A stretch of DNA of 64,000 bases from Octopus vulgaris (lineage: Eukaryota): contig OX597839.1 in NCBI GenBank assembly GCA_951406725.2, forward strand, positions 40,672,001 to 40,736,000, in the 5' to 3' direction. Within the stretch, counting starts at the first letter, position 1. Each line of letters begins with the position of its first letter. The notes beneath the pieces are model-generated. The model was not told the DNA's origin, made no database searches, and worked only from the letters and a program-made list of their open reading frames with translations. Positions 30,255-43,180 of this stretch are shown here, one piece after another. Made by a program: the position numbers and the translations under genes.

Positions 30255-30561
30255 TGTATGTACGTTTTGTATGTATGTATGTACGTTTTGTATGTATGTA
30301 TGTACGTTTTGTATGTATGTATGTATGTTTTGTATGTATGTATGTATGGTTGTATGTATGAAAATAGTGGCCACCCGCTGCAAAATAAAAAGCGATTTGC
30401 TCTAATAGGTTTCCTCATTTGTCGGTGAAGTTGTGAAACATTTCATTTATTCTTTACGGTTAGTGTTTTTTAGATCTCAGCACCCGACTGGACACGGGCC
30501 ACCGCGTAAAAGCCCGCCATCCTCTGTTTTTCAATAATCACCAATTTACATTCCTTTACAG

Positions 30562-31018
30562 AAACACACACACACATTCACGCGCGTGATGGACCTCTCC
30601 CGTCGGTTTCGACGAATGAGGCTCCGACAACGCACCTCTTCCTTTGTCAGTCATAATGCTTATGTTGAATGCGATATTCGAATCACACCAATGATTTGTA
30701 AAGAAGGCCACAAATATTGCAAGTTTGAGGATTACAGGCCAGTGCAGGGGGTATATTTTCAGCCGCTTGTCGACTTGCCTGGTACCCCGAAGCCTGTTAA
30801 TGCTTATTGCAACAAAGGTTTTAATACCATTGTGGCACAACGATCTGCATTTTGTTCGCTCCAAGGCTGTTCACTCAAAGGTGTTGTGAGCTATCATCAT
30901 TTCTCTTGGAGGTTACTTTTCAGCTTGTCCTTATATCTGAGCCATGGTCGACCAGTATTCCTGTGCCCATTCTCAAGCTGGGTATACATGAGGGCGTTGG
31001 ATATACTTTCATCACTCA
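30562..31018 (-). mobile_element. 3' end of an RTE-clade LINE (decayed)
   Basis: Minus strand ALMYTQLENGHRNTGRPWLRYKDKLKSNL...ALERTKCRSLCHNGIKTF...TCNICG, then a short 3' UTR hairpin and a (TG)n tail. Confidence 0.8.
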
Positions 31019-31022
31019 TATA

Positions 31023-31054
<32 letters not shown>

Positions 31055-31061
31055 AATAACA

Positions 31062-31374
31062 AAGGGTAAAATTAATTAATTAAGAAGTAATTAATAATTT
31101 CACCAAGTAGAATTCGGTATGAAAAAAGGACCATTCCACGGTGAGTTTAAGTAAAACTAATAAAAAGGGTTCAGCAAATGAAAAAAGGACCATTCCACGG
31201 TAAGTTTAAGTAATACTAATAAAAAGGGTTCAGCAACTGAACCCTTTTTATTAGTATTACTTAAACTTACCGTGGAATGGTCCTTTTTTCATACCGAATT
31301 CTACTTGATTTTTGGCTGCTATTTCTAAACTTCGGTGTGTGGTGAAGCAAATCTTTGCTGAACCCTTTTTATTA

Positions 31375-31376
<2 letters not shown>
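31062..31376. mobile_element. Rearranged PLE-like fragment (tandem and inverted copies); relative at 36610-36845
   Basis: 59-bp unit ATGAAAAAAGGACCATTCC...GGGTTCAGCAA twice, then inverted. GCTGCTATTTCTAA motif shared with the 36722-36840 inverted repeat. Confidence 0.65.
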
Positions 31377-31422
<46 letters not shown>

Positions 31423-31424
<2 letters not shown>

Positions 31425-31855
31425 TTTATTTAAAAGCGGCAGAAATATAACAAAAGCTGTTACTCAGAGTTTCACGTTTCCGTTCGTCAGACAGTTTTGT
31501 TTAAATAGAACCGAAATAACGATATGATCAAAGCTAGTTAAAGGATACACCTTTAAAAATGGATTTGTTTCATTGGTCCTTTCAATTAATGGTCTTGAGT
31601 ATGCAATGAACAAAATGATCAAAATAAATGAATTCTATATAAATTCATCCTATTATAAAAAATCGAGGAAAACCTTAAATCGAAGAGCGGATTCAAAATA
31701 TATATTGCAAATAACTATATACGAAATATAATTTTCCTCGATTTTTATAAGATGTATTTATATTGAATTCATTTATTTTGTTTGAAAGGACCAATGAAAC
31801 ATATCCATTTTTAAAGTTGTATCCTTTAATTAGTTTTGATTATATCGTTATTTCT
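31423..31855 (-). mobile_element. Hammerhead element with nested inverted arms
   Basis: Arms 31513-31585/31782-31854 and 31620-31672/31732-31780; starts at (TA)n. Confidence 0.65.
31449..31501 (-). ncRNA. Type I hammerhead ribozyme, canonical core
   Basis: Minus strand AACAAAACTGT-CTGACGA-ACG(GAAA)CGT-GAAA-CTCTGAG-TA-ACAGCTTTTGTT: stem II capped by a GNRA loop, GTA site. Confidence 0.82.
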
Positions 31856-32009
31856 GAATGTCATCAATTTTGATGTTCAGGAATTCATATGCCAAGAACA
31901 ATTTCTTTACAATGATGTAATGTTTTCATTAATCAGTTAAAGGATTCATTAGAAACAGCGGCAATGGATTGACACCTGTACCTATACTGTTACTCATTTA
32001 TATTTTACT

Positions 32010-32260
32010 CACCTGTCTCTTATATTTCTGATTTTTATTTTCCTAAAATTTTCGTTGCGTCTTGCAACCTTTTCAATAGTTTCGCAAGACGCAACGAAAG
32101 TTTTAGGAAAATAAAAATAAGAAATAAGTGGAAATTTTACCGGTGAGTATGTTAAATTATAAGGCACAAAAAGAAAATGACTCTCCCCAAACACAACAGA
32201 ATATGCTTCAACACACGAACTCTCATAAAGAATCTTGCTAACCAAATCCCAAAAAGAAAT
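32010..32260 (+). mobile_element. PLE-like terminal fragment with inverted 5' arm (relative 35828-36113)
   Basis: TTCCTAAAATTTTCGTTGCGTCTTGC inverted as GCAAGACGCAACGAAAGTTTTAGGAA; CCGGTGAGT followed by ATG ACT CTC CCC is shared with 36059-36110. Confidence 0.65.
32043..32079 (-). ncRNA. Hammerhead-like motif with U3-A8 pair
   Basis: Minus strand CTA-TTGAAAA-G-GTTGC(AAGAC)GCAAC-GAAA-AT-TT-TAG; stem III palindrome AAAATTTT. Confidence 0.5.
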
Positions 32261-32265
32261 GTATA

Positions 32266-32349
<84 letters not shown>

Positions 32350-32435
32350 GTATACATATATATATATATATGTGTTTTTCTATATATATATACATATACA
32401 TATATATATATATACATATACATACATATATAATG

Positions 32436-32488
<53 letters not shown>

Positions 32489-32729
32489 CCTTTCTATCAT
32501 AAACACAAGGCCTGAAATTTAGTGAGAGTGGATAAGTCAATTACTTCGACCCCAGTATTCAACTGGTACTTTATTTATCAGCACCGAAAGGATGAAAGAC
32601 AAAGTCGACCTCGGCGGAATTTGAACTCAGAATGTAGAGACGGGCGAAATACCGCAAAGCATTTCCTCCACCGTGCTAAGAATTCTATCAACTCGCCGCG
32701 TTTTATTATTATTATTATTATTATTCAGT

Positions 32730-32987
32730 AGTTTTATTTTTTATAGCGTGCTTTCACTTCACTACCGAGCGCAGCTCTGTGTGCCTTGGGTATGTGCTGT
32801 GATTTGTTGTGATGCTCTGATGGTTATTGTATGGAAAGTGTTCTGCGTAGGATGTGTGCAGTGACTAGTAGTGCAATTTTCTGTATGTTATAAGTGTTTG
32901 TAAGTCCTGGTGTTTTTGTTATGTATTTGTCTGAATATTTTTTTATCATGCCTAATGCACCTACTATGATAGGAATTGTTTCTGTTT
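32730..32987 (-). mobile_element. 3' end of an R4/Dong-type restriction-like-endonuclease LINE in (TAA)n
   Basis: 32985-32824 translates to TETIPIIVGALGMIKKYSDKYITKTPGLTNTYNIQKIALLVTAHILRRTLSIQ*; flanked by (ATT)n. Confidence 0.85.
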
Positions 32988-32991
32988 ATTA

Positions 32992-33037
<46 letters not shown>

Positions 33038-33061
33038 GATAGGAATTGTTTCTGTTTATTA

Positions 33062-33104
<43 letters not shown>

Positions 33105-33128
33105 GATAGGAATTGTTTCTGTTTATTA

Positions 33129-33276
<148 letters not shown>

Positions 33277-33697
33277 CATCATCATCATCATCATCATCAT
33301 CATTATTATTATTATTATTATTATTACTATTATTATTATTATTATTATTATTATTATCATCATCATTATTATTATTATAAATTGTTTTAACTGGTAACAT
33401 TGACTTAAGTGGTATGTCACACGTATTGAGAACAGCTCTGTGGCTGTGAATTTTCTTTTTTCTTTTTCCCCCACTCTATTTAATTTCTTTAATTTTTCAT
33501 CTCATTTTTTCCTCATTTCTTTCTATCACATGACTTTGCAAATGAACAATCTTCTGCGAACATTTTAATGGCCTTCCAATATATGCACTACCTTTCTATG
33601 CCCAAGGTGTCAACAGGACACTCGGCAAGAAATGGAAACAGAAATGAAAGAAGATGCTAATGAAAATAAAGATAATAATAATAATAATAATAATAAC

Positions 33698-33738
<41 letters not shown>

Positions 33739-33979
33739 TAATAATAATAATGATGATGATGATGATGATGATGATAATAATAATAATAATGATGATAATA
33801 ATAATCATAATAATAATAATAATAGTAATAATAATAATGAAATAATAGTAATAATTATAATAATAATAAATTTATGGAATTCCACACAATGAATCAAAGG
33901 GAGAAAAAACAAATGTTTAAACACGCAATTATGCAGAGTAAACATATTGAATATATATTTAACCTATAATATATATACG

Positions 33980-34032
<53 letters not shown>

Positions 34033-34314
34033 TGTGTCTCTATGTAGGTATTTATCTCATATCCATATAAATACTTATATAAAAATATGTGTGTGTATAT
34101 ATATATATATGCATGTATTTATGTATGTATGTATGTATGTATGTATGAATATGTCCTGCGCTAAGGCAACATGAAAGAGAGAATGAGATAAAAGTATTTG
34201 TCGGATGTCAAAACTTGAATCAGAAAAGAAACATAAAGAATAAATGAAGAGATGAAAAGATATTGGAAATAGATAGTACACACACACACACACACACACA
34301 TAGGTACAGACAAG

Positions 34315-34353
<39 letters not shown>

Positions 34354-35025
34354 AGGTACATACAAGCATACACGCTTATGAAAAGATGTATTTACATAAT
34401 ATGTATGTATATATATATAAATGTATATATATATATAAATATAGAAAGGGGTGGGTGGGTGGATGGATGGAAGAATGGATTTCTGAAGGTATGGCGAGGA
34501 AGGAATTAATAGGACAATTATGGCCGACGCAATTAGTGGAAAACAGAAGGCGGAGGAGACGGAGGAGAAGCAAATGAGACGCCGTGTAGAAGGCGGTGGC
34601 AGAGGCGAAGAAGATGAAAAAGGCGGTAAGAAAGGAGAAGACGAAAAAGAAGAGAAAGAGCAAGATGTAGGGAAGAATACGTACTAGGTGGGAAAATATA
34701 ATTCCCCTGTGTATACGTATATACACACACACATATACAGCGGAAGCCGCTTATTATAATCATTTTGTGATGGATCCATAATTCTAAAAACTTGCGGATT
34801 CCAAGCTCTGTATTGGAAATGAGTTAATCATCCGGTTATCGTTATCAAAATGCCTTCAGTTTAAAGTGATTACAGTAAGCGGCTTCCATGGTCTACATTC
34901 AAATGTGTCACTGAATGTGTGCGCGCATATGTTTCTGTATACACAGGCACGGATGGACTTGGAAGCGCGGTTTTGTATGTGTTTCTCTGGTTATCTAACA
35001 TATCGACAACGATAACGCAACAAGT

Positions 35026-35099
35026 GGCCGGTTAGCTCAGTTGGTTAGAGCGTCGTGCTAATAACGCGAATGTCATGGGTTCGAGCCCCATACTGGCCA
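35026..35099 (+). tRNA. tRNA-Ile, anticodon AAT
   Basis: GGCCGGTTAGCTCAGTTGGTTAGAGCGTCGTGCTAATAACGCGAATGTCATGGGTTCGAGCCCCATACTGGCCA. Acceptor stem GGCCGGT/ACTGGCC, anticodon stem TCGTG/CGCGA around loop CTAATAA, T-stem ATGGG/CCCAT; A and B boxes intact. Confidence 0.95.
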
Positions 35100-35104
35100 A
35101 TTAC

Positions 35105-35111
35105 TTTTTTT
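35105..35111 (+). terminator. RNA polymerase III terminator (T7 run)
   Basis: Run of seven T starting 6 nt after the tRNA discriminator base. Confidence 0.75.
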
Positions 35112-35602
35112 CTTCTTCTTCTCTACTATTACATTTACATTGCGTAAATAGAAAGTTCGCTCTGCAACCACGCGGTTTCAGGTTCAGTCCCACAGCAAGG
35201 CACATTTGACGAGTTTCTTCGTTTATAACCCCTGCCCGATTAATGTTTTAAAAGAAAACATAGTCATCGAAACCTGTGGAAATCTGTCTCACCTAAAGTT
35301 TGCTTTTGCCTAAACACTACTGGGTGGTGAAACTGCTAAATTTCTTCTTACCTGGCTGCCCAAAACATGGTTCAATCAATATTGTTGACTGTGTTTTAGT
35401 TAAAGCTACGGCTTTAAAATCTTCCCATCTATATATATGTGTGTGTGTGTATGTATGTATATATGTATGCACACATGTACATACACATGTGTATGTACTA
35501 TGTGTGTGCATACGGCTGCACACACGCATATTTATAAATACATACGTACATATTTTATACATCTGTGTTGCATATATATATATATTTACACACACATATA
35601 TA

Positions 35603-35743
35603 TTAGGTTGTCCCAAAAGTTCGTAAACACTTGCGAAAATTGAATTTTTATTCGCCAAGTACTAACAAAAGCAACAAAAATTATTCCTCAAAATAAAGAC
35701 CATTATTTTCCAAGACTTTCTACGAACTTTTGGGACAACCTTA
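35603..35743. mobile_element. Tc1/mariner-type MITE
   Basis: Perfect 21-bp TIRs AGGTTGTCCCAAAAGTTCGTA (35605-35625) and TACGAACTTTTGGGACAACCT (35721-35741), flanked by TA. Confidence 0.85.
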
Positions 35744-35773
35744 TATATACATATATTTATACATACATACATT

Positions 35774-35804
<31 letters not shown>

Positions 35805-36156
35805 TTATATATATATATATATATACTTCCTTTTTGTATTTGATTTGCAAGATTCCTTATGTGAATTCGTGCGTTGGAGCGTATTTTATTTTCTGGGGAG
35901 ACACATTCTCTTATAGTGTCTTACTACTTAACGCATTCAACGGGTCGATTTTGCCTTTTTTTCTTATTTATTTTTTCTAAAATTTGCGTCTTGCAACTTT
36001 TTCAGTAGTCGCTGAAAACAAAAACAAAAAAAAAAGAAGTAAGTGAGAATAAATCGAACCGGTGAGTGTGTTAAGTAATAAGACACTAAAAGAGAATGAC
36101 TCTCCCCAGACACTATATGTATATGTATGTGTGTATGTATATATATATATATGTAT

Positions 36157-36203
<47 letters not shown>

Positions 36204-36251
36204 TATATATATATGTATGTGTGTATGTATATATATATATATATATGTATT

Positions 36252-36319
<68 letters not shown>

Positions 36320-36321
<2 letters not shown>

Positions 36322-36530
36322 TAATCCAAACAAGAAAACAAAAAAACAAAAAAACACAACAACGCAAAGACGTGGAACAAATATAGTATTATTGGACGCT
36401 CAGGAAAGAAGGGAAGAAGAAGGGTTTAACGTTTCGAGCGGAGCTCTTCGTCGGAAACATAGGAGAAGGAAAGATCCCGAGAAGGGAAGACAGAGGAAAA
36501 AAATCGCCGGTGGTACTCACGAGGTCAGAT
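36320..36530 (-). mobile_element. (TA)n-anchored repeat family, copy 2
   Basis: Direct similarity to 11069-11278; contains hammerhead 36424-36458. Confidence 0.85.
36424..36458 (-). ncRNA. Minimal type I hammerhead, U4C variant
   Basis: Minus strand GTTT-CCGACGA-A-GAGC(TCC)GCTC-GAAA-CG-TT-AAAC; stem III palindrome AACGTT. Confidence 0.65.
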
Positions 36531-36571
36531 ACTGTATATATATATACATAATACATATATATATACAAACA

Positions 36572-36603
<32 letters not shown>

Positions 36604-36874
36604 CACATAAGGGGAGAAATATAATTAATTTAATAAATTTAATAAATTTCACCTAGTAGTTATTTCGGTATGGAAATGACCATATTCGGTAAGGATTATA
36701 TATAATTATAATAAAGGGTTAATTGCAACAAGTTGCTTAAACCACATACCGAAAATATTAGAAATAGCAGCCGTAATGGTAACCTATTTAGCTGCTATTT
36801 CTAATATTTTCGGTATGTGGTTTAAGCAACTTGTTGCAATTATTTATTATAATTATATATGCATATATATACAT

Positions 36875-36929
<55 letters not shown>

Positions 36930-36961
36930 TATATATACATATATAAGTATATATATATCCA

Positions 36962-37008
<47 letters not shown>

Positions 37009-37463
37009 TACGTACACATTCACTGACGCACAGACTACATTGGCGAGAAGAATGACATTTCCTTCAAAAAGCAAAAAAAAATAATAATAAAAACGACATA
37101 CGGAACGAGGTTCACGAAACAACATACGTGAGTTCGAACCTAAGACAACGACCATCACCATCTAACTATCTCTACAGCCTTTAAATACGACACAATACAA
37201 TGCGTCTCTGTGTAATATTAATAAGCTTATTAATAAACTAATATAATAGTTACATAACATTATACAAGTTTAGATTTCTAAACAAAGTATTTCTAGGTGT
37301 GATATTAAATAACCTTATTAAATCACCTGTAATGGGAGGAGCTAAACTTTACAGACTACACGCCTTGTCATTCTTAACGTCCCGCCTGAACTCTGACGTG
37401 AATACTTTATTGCGATTACATCTGTGGGTGTGTGTATATATATATATATATACATTCATATAT

Positions 37464-37551
<88 letters not shown>

Positions 37552-37801
37552 GCTGTGCGTGTGTATGTGCACTTAGGAATGTGTGTAGATTTATGAAGAT
37601 ACTTATGTATACACGTGTGTGTGTGAATATATACATGTATGTATATATATATACATATATATGTATATTTCTATACATGTGTGTTTGCGTATGAGTGTGT
37701 ATGAGTGTATGTGTGTATATGAGTAGAGATGTGTATATGCATGAGAGCACCTTATATATGTTTATACAATTACATATATATGTATATGGAGAGAGAGATT
37801 C

Positions 37802-37839
<38 letters not shown>

Positions 37840-38347
37840 ATATATATATATATATATATATATGCATACATATACACACACACACACACAGGCACACACA
37901 TATCTATCTATCAATATATATATTGATAGATAGATAGATAGATTTATACACGCATTCGCACACAAACATAGATGTGTGTGTGTGTGTGTGTGTGTGATAA
38001 ATGTGATAATAATGAGACCCGTGATGACAATTCCTATGATGATGATGGTGATTGCTACGCTAAACCCAATGGAATTTGTGTTAATATAACTTCAATTTAT
38101 CGCACCCTACTTTAGTTAAGAATTGAAATATATCAACAATTAACCGACATTTGCATTAGTCACACATTGACACATTCACAAACGCACACTGCCACACGCA
38201 CGTACACACATACGCACACACATGAAATCACAAACACGTATACACACACGCACACACACGGAGATCGCACGTAGACTCACATACATACAGACACACATAC
38301 ACACAAATACACATAAATACATAGACATGTACGGGCATATATATACA

Positions 38348-38391
<44 letters not shown>

Positions 38392-38801
38392 TATACACGT
38401 GAATCTATCTATATCTATATGTATTTGTGTGTGTGGTTGCGTATACATATATATGTATGTGCATTTAAATATATGTCCTTACATACATAGATATGTACAT
38501 GTATAGACATACATAAATATATATGTATATATAAACTTATATAATATATATTTATATATACATACATAGATATATATACATACATATATATATATATGCA
38601 TGTATATATGTATATATGTATGCATGTATGTATGTATATATGCATGTATGTATGTATGTATGTATGTCTTATTGTTTAGAAGAGTTTGTGTGAGATATAC
38701 AGATGTAGAATTTACAAGATATAAGAATCTATGAATTTTATATATACATACAAGTATCTATACCACTATATATATATACATATATATATACATATATATA
38801 T

Positions 38802-38840
<39 letters not shown>

Positions 38841-38895
38841 TATATATATATGTTTGCACGTATCCCAGTGTGTCCTTGTGTACGCATGTATTAAA

Positions 38896-38952
<57 letters not shown>

Positions 38953-39294
38953 CACGCACATATATACATACACATATATACATATATATTTAGTTAAACG
39001 TTTCCATATGTTTCATTAACTTCCCCATCATCCCTGGAGATGAGAAATGTGAAACTCGGAGTAATGATATACGATGCATTTTGTTTACAATAAAATGCTC
39101 TAATCTTACTCCACTCCTTGGCACTCCTCTTCTTCCTCCACATATGCGCGTGTGTATATGTGTACTCAGACATGCACGCACACGCTCACACAAACACATT
39201 CGCAGATATATATACATGTATATATATATATATGTATGCATATGTATGTATGTTTGTATGTATGTATGTTTGTTTATATATATTATGTGTGTGC

Positions 39295-39337
<43 letters not shown>

Positions 39338-39575
39338 TATATACATGTATAAATATGTATATACTCAAAAGTTCAATAACCGACAGACTGGATCTAGCGA
39401 ACATACGCATCTAAATACTAACAAAGGACATGTAAACCGCATGGAAAAGCATCAAAATACAGCCAAATTGTAATCGTAGAAATGATTATGGTATAGCTAA
39501 CACAGTAACAACGTCGGTAAAGGAATTCAGAACTGCCATATATAACAAATATGTGATAAATACTGATACAGAGAA

Positions 39576-39868
39576 AAATCAAAATGTCCATTCATGAACT
39601 ACTGTTTGAGTACAAATCTTTTAAATAAATGCACTGTGCACGCAAGTGGTAGGCCGTATGTTTACATTGGGCAGATGGCTTATTCATTTAAGAATCATTA
39701 TCGCGACCATGTTGCCAGCTTTAAGAGAACCAATAAGAGACATTCAGCACCGATTTTGTGTGGCGACTGAAGGAAGATAAAATTAAGCATAACATAACTT
39801 GGTCCATAGTAAAGCATGCAAAACCATACAATATCATTTCTAGGTGATGCAAACTCTGCTCTGAGGAA
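39576..39868 (+). pseudogene. Decayed GIY-YIG endonuclease of a Penelope-like retroelement
   Basis: KSKCPFMNYCLSTNLLNKCTVHASGRPYVYIGQMAYSFKNHYRDHVASFK, then a frameshift to FVWRLKEDKIKHNITWSIVKHAKPYNIISR*CKLCSEE. The YIG, FKxxYxxHxxSF, W-WSI and CxLC motifs are typical of Naiad-type PLE endonucleases. Confidence 0.85.
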
Positions 39869-40177
39869 TGTATATGTATAGATAGATATAGATATAGATA
39901 TAACTGTCTACATATATATGTATGTATGTGTATATGTATAAATGTATACATACATATGTGTGTGTGACTAACATTCATATATATATATATATATATATGT
40001 ATACCTGTATATATATATCTATTTATTTACATGTGTATCTACGTATGTATGTATATCTATGTCAATCTATACATTATTAACATCATTATTATTATCATTA
40101 TGTCCGTGGTGATGGCTTTGATTGTGAGACTGATAAGAATTTCACATCAATTAGAAAAGGTGCCTGTATAAATATGC

Positions 40178-40230
<53 letters not shown>

Positions 40231-40871
40231 CGTATGTAGACACTTCAATATACGCATCTCACATAGAATTATATTAAACGAAGATTTTCACATATATAAT
40301 GTATATGATGAACAGACACACGCGCACATATATTTATATATATATGTTTATACATGTCTGTGTATATATATATGTATATACATGTGTGTATGTATATATA
40401 TATGTGTGTGTGTGTATGTGTGTGTGTGTGTAAATATACAAAAATTCTTAAACAGGTAAATATATATATACATACATACAGATGTATGTATGTATTATGT
40501 GTGTGTGCGTATGTATCTTGGTGGGTGAATCGTAAATATTATCGGGGATTATTAAGTACTGATATATATATATATATGTATGTATGTATATACATATATA
40601 TTGTATGTGTGTATATATGCATGTGTGTATGTATATATACATATATATAAACGGCGGTGCATCAGCATGGCCGCAGCTCTGAGCTGAAACAAGAAAAACG
40701 AAAAACGAAATATCTTTGTGTATGTATGTGCTAGGCGTTATAGGCACGAATGTATATATACATACATAGATATGTATATGTGAGTATATATACTGTATAC
40801 ATCTTTTCTAGAGAAAGAGAGAGAGAGGTTACATAAATGTGATAGGTAAAAACAAATAGATAATAGTTCCG

Positions 40872-40911
<40 letters not shown>

Positions 40912-40913
40912 TT

Positions 40914-40982
<69 letters not shown>

Positions 40983-41846
40983 GTGCGTAGGTAGGTAGAG
41001 AGAAGAAATGAGGGGTCGAAGAATGCAGAAAACAGTACAAGGTTACAGAAGAACATCAGCCAGGAATTTCAAAAAGAAAAAAATAAAGTATTTAAAAACC
41101 TATAAACAATATATAAATCAAGACTTCTAGACTTTTAAGTAAATGTTCTTTCTTCGTATTTCATAGACATTTTGGCAACTTTTTTTCGAATTTTTCGACA
41201 ATTTTGTTAGGTGGGGTTTTGTTTCTATGGATAGACGAGAGAGCAATGGAGAAGTTGATGGTGGTGGTGGTGATGGTGGTGGTGGTGGTGGTGGTGGTGG
41301 TGGTGGTGGTGGTGGTGGTGATGGTGGTGGTGATCGTCGTGTCTGGTTCTTTCGTTCCGTCTTTCTTTCGCTGGAACTTGTTATATTGTTTCAATGAGAA
41401 TGGATAGAGAATCGCATTTCTCTTTGGAAATGTATTATTTTTATTCATTTAGTTATTTATTTATCCATGTTTCTTTTTTTCTTCTTTTTTTGTTTTTGGC
41501 AACTTTTGATTATGGTTAGAGGAAGAAGAATTGTTTCCAGGATTGAATTGGAATGGAAATGTTTGGGTGTATCAGATCTTGTTATCTCAGAGAATTAGAG
41601 ATACACTGACGGAGATACAGCACGGCGGACAGACAGACAGAAATAGAGGCTAATAGTAAGAGAGAGAAATGGGCAAACAGACGTATACACAGACAGGATA
41701 CACGAACACACACACACACAGGTATATACATATATGCATATATATATATATATATATATATATACAAAGAGGGAAGAGGGAGATAGATATATAGAACGAG
41801 AGATAGAGAAGAGAGAGAGGGAAAGAGAGAGAGACGGATGTATGGC

Positions 41847-41914
<68 letters not shown>

Positions 41915-41926
41915 GAAGATAGATAG

Positions 41927-42069
<143 letters not shown>

Positions 42070-42070
42070 T

Positions 42071-42640
42071 GTTTCTTTAGTAGCCACTCAGGGCTGAACA
42101 CAAAGAGGACAAAATACAAAGTAGAGCTTTTCCTTTTGGGAAGAAGAAGAGAAAAAAAGTGGGTCGAATTTCGATCAAAAGGGATCGTTTATAAAAAATA
42201 GAGGCCGATCAATAGGGATCGTGTATCACAAAAATATCAATGTAAAAAGAAAAAAAACAGATTAGGTTTATCCATGGAAAGAAAAGCCTACGGAAATTAC
42301 CACGGTAACCATGGGCAATAATACCATGCAAAAAACACATTACAGTAAGTGACTCTTTTTTCCTTTCTTATTTGTTTTTTTGGTTCATAGGATTATGCTC
42401 AAGCTGGCTCCGTCATTCACATGTGGCATCCTCTCGCGGTGCCATTCGCCCTTCCTCGGCCTCTTTTTGATCCACGACTGCAGTTCGGTCATGGAGACGA
42501 GCTGCGAAAAAGCGTGCCTCCCAAATGGCGACCACACCTGTTCACCGTCGTCTACGTAGAGTCAGAGATGTCGCAGTCTCAGCGCGTGTCTGCGCATCAT
42601 CAACCACAGCAGGCTCAGCTCTTCGTTTAGCGGGTTTTTG
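42071..42640 (-). mobile_element. L1/Tx1-like LINE 3' end, internally deleted; 3' UTR also at 20754-20920
   Basis: Minus strand LWLMMRRHALRLRHL*LYVDDGEQVWSPFGRHAFSQLVSMTELQSWIKKRP...HVNDGASLSIIL*, then a 3' UTR ending in a polyA-signal-like motif (AATAAAGAAAC in the 20754 copy) and (TATC)n. Confidence 0.65.
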
Positions 42641-42918
42641 GCAGGCAGATAGATACACAGACAGTTGGATACATATAGATACATACATTGTGGACTACAG
42701 ATGTGTTTTTTTTTTCAATTGCACTGGTGAGTCACTGGTCAGATGTCGATAGGATCATAGAATAACGTGAAAAGAAGTGTTATGCTCAAGTACACAGCGC
42801 ACTGACTGCTCCGAGAATCGAAACAGCGACCTAGCGATCGTGAGTGCAGTTCTCTAACCATTAGACCACGCACCTTTACACACACAAACGCGCACATGCA
42901 CGCACACTCACACACACA

Positions 42919-42991
<73 letters not shown>

Positions 42992-43007
42992 ATAAATATA
43001 TATATAT

Positions 43008-43088
<81 letters not shown>

Positions 43089-43180
43089 GAAGATAGATAG
43101 ATAGAGAGAGAGAGGAAGAGAGAGAGAGAGAGTGAGAGAGAGAGAGAGATGCAACACAGAAAAGATATTAAATAGCTAAG

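Noticed and set aside
31119-31300. CRISPR-like repeated unit
   Set aside because: Eukaryotic context and no unique spacers; it is a tandem plus inverted duplication.
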